Source: Bugula neritina
Taxonomy: Eukaryota > Animalia > Bryozoa
DNA: 64,000 bases
Reading direction: 5' to 3'
Assembly (NCBI GenBank): GCA_964035545.1
Contig: OZ037769.1
Span: forward strand, 4,817,929-4,881,928
The notes under the pieces are model-generated. The model saw only the letters and a program-made list of their open reading frames with translations. It was not told where the DNA came from and did not search any database. Shown piece after piece: positions 51,401-64,000 of this stretch. How positions within the stretch are numbered: the stretch's first letter is position 1; each line of letters starts with the position of its first letter. The translations under genes were made by a program, and so were the position numbers.

Positions 51401-53914
51401 AATTGCACAAGAATCCTTATAGCACCTACAATCTATTAGGAGTGGCCTATTACCTAAAGTCAAAATCACTGATCGACAAACTCACCATTAAGGTGCGGTT
51501 GCAGCAGAAACTGTGCAGGCTGGCAGTTCTCATCCAACCTGTAGTGTCTCTCTAGAATACGGATGTCAACATTGTTGGCTAGCAACGCCTCTTTCTGTGC
51601 AGAGTGCTTGTCACGTGGTATTGATAGAGGTGGTATTGCCTCGTTACAATATCTCTGACCAAGTAGAGCCTACAACATCACCAAAAATATTCAGTGCTGA
51701 ATTGAAATTATTTTATTTACTTTGTAATCAAATTAAATCTGTATCGAATAAAAGGCAATATTCTATTTAATGCAATGAGGTTGAATCAGAAAAAGGTTTT
51801 AAGTGCACTGTAATGAAGCTTCAAAGTGCTGGAAAAAGTTTCAATCAATTTGGTAAACTTTTGTTTAGTTAAAATCAATTGAACCACACCAAGCCAGCAA
51901 TAGTTATTTGTGCGGCAAATATGATTATATAAGCAGAACTACTACTGAACTGGAATACTGATATAACTAGCAAAGCAATGAAGTCTACTGGAGAAATGCA
52001 ATAGACTAATTTCTTACCACAAAACATGGGCCAGTTGAGGTGGCCTGGCATTGTTTTATCTCAAACTCTCGCACTTGGTTAACAGAAGGAAGCAGGTGTT
52101 GGGATTGCCTGTCTAAACCAGACCTTAGATCAACCATCTACAGCATGTCACAAAAAAACAATCTCCCATTATCATATAAGCACAGTTTTTACACTATTAT
52201 TATGCTCATACTTATATATAGCAACAAGTAAAACTAATAAAGCCTTTCCATATTCATTTTAATTAAAATGATGTGACACAAGAAGGTCATTTATATGCTC
52301 GGTCATGAGGCAACCAGTGCTTACATAAAAACCCAGGATGCTGCAGGAAAGAAGAATAAAGATGGAGCTGGTTAGTAAAGCATGTAGAGAAGTCAAGGAA
52401 TAAAGAATATAATCACCCAATTAGAATAGATGTGTTTTCAGGTCAACTTTAAATTTTATAAATTTCAAAGATTTCTTGAATTATGAATATTGGTTTGTGA
52501 TTTGTGAGGTGTTCCTGTGATAGATCTGAAACACACCAGTAATCAGAGTGGCACCCAATCAAAATGGAGTAAAGAAGAGTATTAAGATAGTAGGTATATG
52601 AGTGTAGAGTCATTATTTTATGTTGAGTAATAAAGAAATATAGTAGTATTGTAGCAATGTGATAAAAATAGTGCATGCACTGAAAACATTGCATGCACTA
52701 AAAATAGTGCATGCACTGAAAGTAGTGCATACACTAAAATAGAGTATGCAATGAAAGTAGTGCATCTACTAAAAATAGTATATGCAGCACTTTAGTTTAT
52801 GCACTAAAATAGTGCATAAACTAATAACACTGCATGCACTAAAAAGTGTGGTTTGTGAGACTATAAAATTTGTATATTCCCTTAATCAGCATGACTGTAG
52901 ACAGCAGTGAGTATTTCCCTTCACCGGCACAACTTACCTTGGGAGTTATCTACTTTGACTAATCTAAATATATTTAAGTTATCAGTAAATAAATAAACTA
53001 CAAAATATACTCGTATGCCATTTTAGTAGACGATTATGGATGTTTTTCGCACAGAACAATTATCAATCAGCAAAATGAAAACTCCTATATACAAAATCTA
53101 AAAATATCAAGTTACAAAACCTCATTTAAAAACACATGCAAAAATTTATAATAAAACCAATAGTGAATGACTGTTATGGTGTTTTCGTCAGCAATTAAAA
53201 TTTTAATATTTAGAGTGCGCAGCAAGCATGTGTCTAAAAGATAAACAAACATGCATGTATGTATAGAGCTGAACATAAAATCAAATAGACTGCAATATTC
53301 TAATGAGATTATGAATGGGCTAAATGATGATGGGAAAAATGTTGACAACATTTGGAGTTGCCCTACCTGAAACTCCACGTTGTGGGCAGCTCTGCAGTAT
53401 TCCCTCAGTTTAATATAGATATTACTAATCAAATACTCTCTCTCACATTCACTATCTGTAATCATACAGCAAATTATCAGCTTATGAAATACACTCGGAA
53501 CAGATATTGTCATTGTATTCTTTTCGAAAAATAATGTACTTTGACAAAGAAAACAATTCTTTTCAAACGTTATTATACTTTGACAAAAGAAAACATTTTT
53601 CTGGGCAATTATTATTATTACTTTTAAAAATAAATATCAATTTTAATTAAAAAGCAAAAATAATAAAATGGACGTCTTTCATTCAAATGAATGAGCAATA
53701 GTGAAAAAGAAGTACCAAGGACACACCAATGTAACATAAATAATATGAGCCTACCTGTTGCCACCGAACTAAGATAAACTCTAGCACATGTTGGCATCAG
53801 CTTAGGAATGTTCCTAAGAGGCACGTGGCCATTCAGCATTGCATCATATAAACCATGCTGCCAGGCAGCTTCCACAGTTTTCTCATTTTCAGGTACGTCT
53901 TGAAAGTATTCCAT
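32997..53914 (-). CDS. NACHT and WD40-repeat domain protein (NWD1/NWD2-like STAND NTPase)
   Basis: Exons 53914-53755, 53455-53367, 52137-52018, 51669-51486, 51221-51123, 50944-50784, 50199-50029, 49265-49026 (Walker A GVSGCGKS), 48552-48451, 48032-47895 (Walker B LLLVIDGLN), 47522-47379 (WLPMKLSPNIKMVVS), 45568-45431 (PLYVE), 44463-44257 (GLSEAELEDILSIDDE), 43967-43831, 43404-43261, 42934-42757 (NVRKLNELAHHL), 41845-41673 (LFNYDWLHTKL), 41464-41349, 41224-41051, 40634-40452, 39921-39791, 39453-39337, 38951-38690, 38316-38151 (INVWD), 37848-37674, 37114-36967, 36401-36295, 36033-35872, 34695-34536, 34116-33910, 33319-32997. N-terminal DUF4062-like motif (VYLSS..ERE.L..LREYC..VEFQMVDLR). Confidence 0.9.
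33404..33490. repeat. (TA)n microsatellite
   Basis: About 43 uninterrupted TA units. Confidence 0.97.
34712..34892. repeat. ~17-bp GTGACAGTAGATGTGAG array near an NWD acceptor
   Basis: Directly visible. Confidence 0.8.
38981..39203. repeat. 22-bp ATACCACAATGCATTGCATGCT array near an NWD acceptor
   Basis: About 10 degenerate copies. Confidence 0.85.
39666..39770 (+). mobile_element. MITE family M2, partial copy
   Basis: TATGTTCTC..CCCAAACCA..GCTATCTCAGTTTCTCCACTACTGCACCTA (right half). Confidence 0.65.
42026..42483. mobile_element. MITE family M1, copy 2
   Basis: Perfect TIR AGTTTCGTTTATACCT / AGGTATAAACGAAACT, flanked by TAA/TTA. Confidence 0.85.
43531..43692 (-). mobile_element. MITE family M2, inverted copy
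   Basis: TAGGAGCAGTAGTGGAGAAATTGAG ... CTCAATTTTTCCATTACTGCACCTA; reverse complement of 6784-6948. Confidence 0.78.
44665..45251 (+). mobile_element. SINE S1 copy split in two (44665-44693 and 45116-45251) by a nested insertion
   Basis: GACAAAGGCCATTGGTGATGTTAGGAAGA continues as AAGAGCATCCAGTCATAATTGCTCC after a 422-bp interruption. Confidence 0.82.
44694..45115. mobile_element. Non-autonomous TIR DNA transposon nested in a SINE (4-bp TSD AAGA; GRG..CYC termini, Sola2-like)
   Basis: Left end GAGTCAGTTTACTTCATTTAGTACACAC versus reverse complement of the right end GGGTCATTTTACTTAATTTAGTACACAC (28 bp, 3 mismatches). AAGA is duplicated at 44690-44693 and 45116-45119. Confidence 0.8.
46487..46906 (+). 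CDS. Candidate nested antisense gene encoding a ~139-aa basic, Arg/Ser-rich low-complexity protein
   Basis: 561-bp open frame (46346-46906) inside the NWD intron 45569-47378. Supporting signals: CATAAATA at 46211, donor ACA|GTAAGT at 46317/46318, acceptor TTTTATTTTTAG at 46458, ATG at 46487, and AATAAA near 47186 and 47233. Confidence 0.55.
   Translation: MARPYDVPQSKCETKISGQDRCQKRSTNQVTETADVDLRRRQYQQSLRHSSRYSGISNKAHPYNINEVMRRRNRFRNSCSRGSNKASDGSSADSNASKQSIWNHRLTRNSTSDQSTAESSNKSANNSSVESFEAGNRRT
48085..48288. repeat. ~14-bp AATATAGGTCAAT-type array
   Basis: Degenerate; about 50 nt from the acceptor at 48033. Confidence 0.75.
50228..50411. repeat. ~40-bp minisatellite (~4.5 copies) near an NWD acceptor
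   Basis: Unit ATATGCCTTTATATGGTAGCATCTAACAGCCAAGATAAA. Confidence 0.85.
52665..52845. repeat. Palindromic AGTGCATGCACT-core array
   Basis: Recurrent TAGTGCATGCACTRAAA; includes a perfect 15-bp stem at 52792-52824. Confidence 0.75.
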
Positions 53915-54339
53915 GGCTATTCCATAACAAGTACACTTCTTAAATATAATAAAAATAAAAGTAATTTTAAATAAATCCAGCTGAAAAATATATAACTAAA
54001 TTTTTCGGTAAGTGCGTGAGTTTAATGAGCCTCTTTAGTAGCTCATATTGGGTATTTTTTAGCCTCAATAAAAACTAGTTTAAAAATTTTAACCTTGAGT
54101 GCTGTGTCAATATTAGATTATATTAATTTTTGTTCTATTACATTCTACGTAACCAACAGAGTCGGGTATTTTTATCTATTACATAAAATCAAACAGCATA
54201 AAATATGCATTTCAAAGTTCAGATTGTTAGGCTTAAACTTTTCAAATCTGATTTTTATATAATAGAGCCTAATGGCGACAGGTCTTGTTCCAGCCTATAT
54301 AAATCAATTTAATTTTATTAAAGAGCAAATTCTATGCCC

Positions 54340-54652
54340 ACCAACACACCCACCCACCCACACACTCCCACACACACACGCATGCACGCACACACTCACA
54401 CACACATAAACACATACACTCACATAAACACACACACGCACGCACGTACGCACACACACACATGCACGCACACACACACACTCACACACACATAAACACA
54501 TACACTCACATAAACACACACACGCACGCAGGCGCGCGCACGCACGCACGCACACACACACACGCATGCACGCACACACACACACACACAAACACACACA
54601 CAGGCGCATGCACATACGCGTACGCATATGTACATATGCAGACATATATCAC
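54340..54652. repeat. Compound (CA)n/(CACG)n microsatellite upstream of the first NWD coding exon
   Basis: Directly visible; it generates the spurious CV/HT-repeat ORFs. Confidence 0.9.
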
Positions 54653-55303
54653 ACTGATGTGAACCAACAATCAAAAGTTTTACTTTGGCATACTTTTTAT
54701 TTATTTTCCTCAGCAGCATCTATTATCAATATTGAACAAGAATTATTAGAGTTATTAATGTTGCTATTAAAAAGAGGCTTTTCTTTTAAAAAGTAAATGA
54801 ATAATTTAAATCAAAGTTGTTTCATATCTAAATAGCTTCATTTTGTTGACATTTAAAAATTCAGGTATGTTACTAATTTCGATATGATTTTAATATCTAT
54901 GCCTCCATACTTGCACAAATGTATATAGTACGACAATATTAAATTTGTTCATTTTGTAAGTAATAAAATCAAAGTTTCAGCTAAAACTATGGCTATAGCA
55001 ACAGCTATATGATTAAAAAATACTTATAATTATTGCACCATTACTCATATTGACATGATTCGTAGTAGTACTGATACCTATTAACTTATAGTTATAGTCA
55101 TACGCAGTCTCCCTTTTCCTGAACTACACTCGCATTCATATTGATATATGATACTGCTAGAAGTTACTAAATCATACTAGTCACTAAGCAAAATTTACTG
55201 ATAGTTACAGTCATACTGATACTCATAATGATAGTTAGAGTAACACTAAAACTAACAGTAAATCAAAATGTAAAGTAATACTAATACTAATAATTATATT
55301 TAT

Positions 55304-55542
55304 TGTTGTTTAATTTTTACTCCAGGTGTGTATATATTTTCAATGCGATAGTATTGGAAGTTATATTGAAAATTTAAATGAAGTTATTAGTATTACTCTC
55401 AGACTTAGTAAGACTGATACTCACTCTAACTTTAAGTCTTACTCTTGCAGTTAGAGTTACTGTTACTAAGTATGATAGTTAACGTAAAAACTTCATTTTA
55501 ATTTACATTTATGTACATATCTGGAGTACAAATTAAACAACA
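55304..55542. mobile_element. Putative MITE, ~33-bp imperfect TIR
   Basis: TGTTGTTTAATTTTTACTCCAGGTGTGTATATA versus reverse complement of the right end TGTTGTTTAATTTGTACTCCAGATATGTACATA. Single copy in this window. Confidence 0.5.
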
Positions 55543-58500
55543 GTTTTAGCAGGTTGGATGACGTGATTATGGAATACCAAAGGATAAAAACTAAAAATCT
55601 GTTTTAAACAGCATGGTCTACAAGAAGCATCTTTTAGTTACTATGACAGTACTGAAGTGCCCTTTGATCTAGACACCCATTGGGTCATTAGGCTTTTGTA
55701 AATCGGTAGGCCGCTTTCTGTATCGTATAATTAACTTCCATACACTCTTTATTTTCATACTTATAGTTTCTGCGGCCTTACCGCAATGAAAACCTAGTGT
55801 GGTTTAGTTGTAAGAAGACAACTCTTATTACAAACAACCACTGACTTCGGAGTTATAACTCCAAAAAATTCATAGCAATATATTTTTCATAATTATGATT
55901 TATTATCTTTTTTTATTTATAATTGAGATGCAGGATAGTTGTAAACATATTTATTTGCTTGACTATTAAATATATAATAATTATTATGTAGCATAATATC
56001 AATCTTATACATATATTATGTAATACTTGATGGCAGTTTTTAAGATATGTTTTGTGTAAAAGAAATATTTGCAGAAGCCATATAGTGCATTTTACAAATT
56101 TATAGGCTTGCATCAAACCAATGATATTATTTCTTATTGGAATGAAAAGTATTTAAAATATGCCAGATCATGCTAGACTAGTAGAAGCCTGGAGTTTCAG
56201 AGTGAATACTTACAGACAATCTTATGTAGCCAAGAGAGTCAGTGCAGTCAGCATTTTACACCGCAGACGCCATGTGACACTTGGTAAACAAAATTTTAGT
56301 ATTTTGCTTAGATTTTGGGCTGAGTTCTGATCATTAGATTGTCGTTTAATTTGGTTTTTATGGCTAATAGCAATTAATATAGTTATTAAGTGCTACATAA
56401 TATGATTTTTGGATACAGTCAGTGTATTTGTTTTTCATTATTATTTTACTTCATATATGAATGATGTACTATACTTTAATAGGCTTTTTTAGTTTGTAAT
56501 ATATTCAACATAAAGTGATGTTGAACTAATAAATGCGCATGCAGAGAAGTAGCTTGTAGTGGAATATGCGTTTTTTTCAATTTACCTCCATAATATGTTG
56601 CCAAAACAAGCACCAAATAAACAAATATAATATTATAGTAATAATGCATATTGTTTCAATTGTGGCAAAACTGTAATACACTAAATATAGCTCTGGAAAA
56701 TTCTATGTCCATACTACCACCGAACTGAAACTATAATAGTTCAATAATAATATAGTTCAATGCATAGCTACTACATTATGCACTAAAATATAACATGGCA
56801 CCTCTATTTTAGTAAAAATGAAATGACAACTCTAGACGTGCATTGAAATATTGTTCCCGGTAATTGTTGCTGGCGGCATTAACTTACGGTGTCAATGTCA
56901 TTTTCCCGATTTTAATCGTTTTCCTGGTACTCCCCATGAATTCGCACGTTTAATAGGGAAAAATTGCAGTCTCATCCTCACATTATTTTTCGGTCATACT
57001 AGTTAGACTAGTTACTGTTACCACATTTGGGCTTAAAGCTCAGTCTCTGACTCAGTGGTTGTTGCAGCTCAATTGTTAGGTGTTTTAAAGTTAGTACTTT
57101 GGCATCACCATAGTCAATGTCATAGTCATAGTGTGATCGTCAAAGTCATACTGATACTGATACTGATGCCGATGGTGTGATACTGATACTCATAGTGATA
57201 GTCATATTGATACTGTAGTCACTAGACGTAGTTAGTAAGTTACTACTGTAGTAGCTTAAAATAAAATTGAAATAATCATGATCATGATGGTGGCGATGAT
57301 CATCATCATGATTATTTTACTTTTAATTTTAAGTTTTAGGCTACTGCAGTATCAGTATGAGTATCACTATCAGTAGCACTAGCAGTACAAGCACTACTTC
57401 TAGAATTGCTAGATCTACTAAATTTAATACGTAGTAGTACTGTTAGTATTAATATTAATTATATAAAATAGCATGCTGTAATAATATAATATTAATAATA
57501 ATGCTAATAGTAAAATATAATACAAGTAGTAATTTCAATGGTCATAGTAATCAATAAATTACAATGAGTGTGACTGTCACTGTGGGTAAAGCTAATATTA
57601 ATAGTTATACTTGTGCTGCTATTATGATAATCATAGTGATGTGAATTTATGATTGTCGCTTCACGGTGAAAGTTCTCTGAGACTCATAGTAATAGTTTTG
57701 TAGTGAAAGTATTTACTGTTTTTATAAATTTCTTGTTGCCATCCAAGTCTAAAACTAGGAGACAAAGTACATAGGTAAGAACTAGAAGGTAGGTAATAAT
57801 CTCAGGCTCTATTTTCCTGAGTAATCTGGATTTAAAAGTTAAAGGTTAAATTTTAACCAAAAAAATGTTCTGCGGTTGGTTCAAAAAATAAGTATTTTGA
57901 ACTAAAAGCAGTAGTAATACCATTACTGTAGGTATATAGCCTTAAGTTTAGCAATTAGTATTACCATGTCTATTGACATTAGGGATCAATTAAAATTTAA
58001 ATATTAATTATAATATTTTTATGTCAGTCATACTATAATTATTAGTGTTGGTCGTATCAATAAATAATATTGATATAAGTATACAGTAGGTATCTATCGA
58101 TATTATTTAGTGTACAGGCTTCATTGCTCACTTTTTATTTTATTAGTGAATCATTTGTGACATTAATGGCTTCAAAATAGTATTTAATATTTTAAAAAGA
58201 ATTGACAGTTTGCCATCTTTCACCTCTTGTTTCTAATTGATGTGCTCAATGTAAGGATGCTGCCATTTTGAAAACAACAGAAACTCCTTTTTTAAGTTTA
58301 TAATGAAGAAAACTTATAATGCTTGCCTCTCTAGTTTGTTGGTGGCATAGTAAAATCTACTTTTTTTTGGGGGGGGGGCATTACATAAGACTTTGAATTA
58401 TGATTCAAGTGTCATTGCTTAACTAGCTAATAAATGTGTTTTAGAAGTTTCATTCAGATTGTTTCATAGTTATTAACTATAAACCTTTGAGTGAATAGCA

Positions 58501-59130
58501 AAAGAACTGTTGCATATATGCGATCTACAGCCTTTAGTCACTTCTTGATATTCTGTCTCACACACAGTCATTAGTTGTGAATCTCATAACTATGTTGATT
58601 TTTACATCGACAATATCAATCATTGTCAGAATTGCTTTGATTCCCTGATTTTGTCACTAAATTAAGTTGTTTAGAATTGTATTTTCTGTGAGTTTGGTTT
58701 TATGGTTTCAATTGTCGTCATTGGTTTGCATAAGTGACTATGTGCAGCTAATAATTTTTAAACTAATTTATTTCAGTGTCCAAGTTTTGATTATGTTCTC
58801 GAAAATAATGAGTCCTTTAAAATACTCGTATTCAACTGTATAAGCAGAAATAGCTATTCGAACATTTTTATTTAAACAAGAACATATTTTATGCCCGGCA
58901 TTAATTTCTATTTAAATGTACAAAAACTAAAGCTTTTTAGTTTTGCGTCATAGTTCTTGGCCAACCTCATCAACTAGAATAAAGTTTCCAGAGTTGGTAT
59001 TTGATTATATACAATGTTATTAGTTTATAATAAAGTTGATGATCTACATTCAGGAGGCGGAGTTTCAGAATTGGCTAAAAGGCTAAAAACATCAACAGAA
59101 TCTGATAAAGATCAAAGCACATTCATCATC

Positions 59131-64000
<4,870 letters not shown>

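Overview
AT-rich, intron-rich eukaryotic DNA from an animal, most likely an invertebrate; no prokaryotic features. I rebuilt exon chains by hand from GT/AG sites and reading-frame phase. Genes: a CLCA-family metalloprotease/VWA gene (- strand, runs off the left edge), argininosuccinate synthase (ASS1, -) head-to-head with GPI-transamidase subunit PIGU (+), an unrecognised two-exon multi-pass membrane protein (+), a ~21 kb NACHT-WD40 (NWD1/2-like) gene (-) with a candidate nested antisense gene in one intron, and the 5' half of a thioredoxin-glutathione reductase (+, runs off the right edge). Non-coding DNA holds a tRNA-headed SINE family (one copy with a 16-bp TSD, one split by a nested DNA element), several MITE families and many minisatellites. 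The most striking unexplained patterns: (1) about 13 unrelated intronic minisatellites start at or next to splice sites, three of them amplified copies of the splice site itself; (2) a shared GTCATACTGATACTCA-type low-complexity tract flanks both divergent promoter regions on both sides; (3) the orphan ~7-TM protein; (4) a mucin-like insert and a furin-type RRKR site in the CLCA protein. All exon coordinates are manual and unverified by transcripts.
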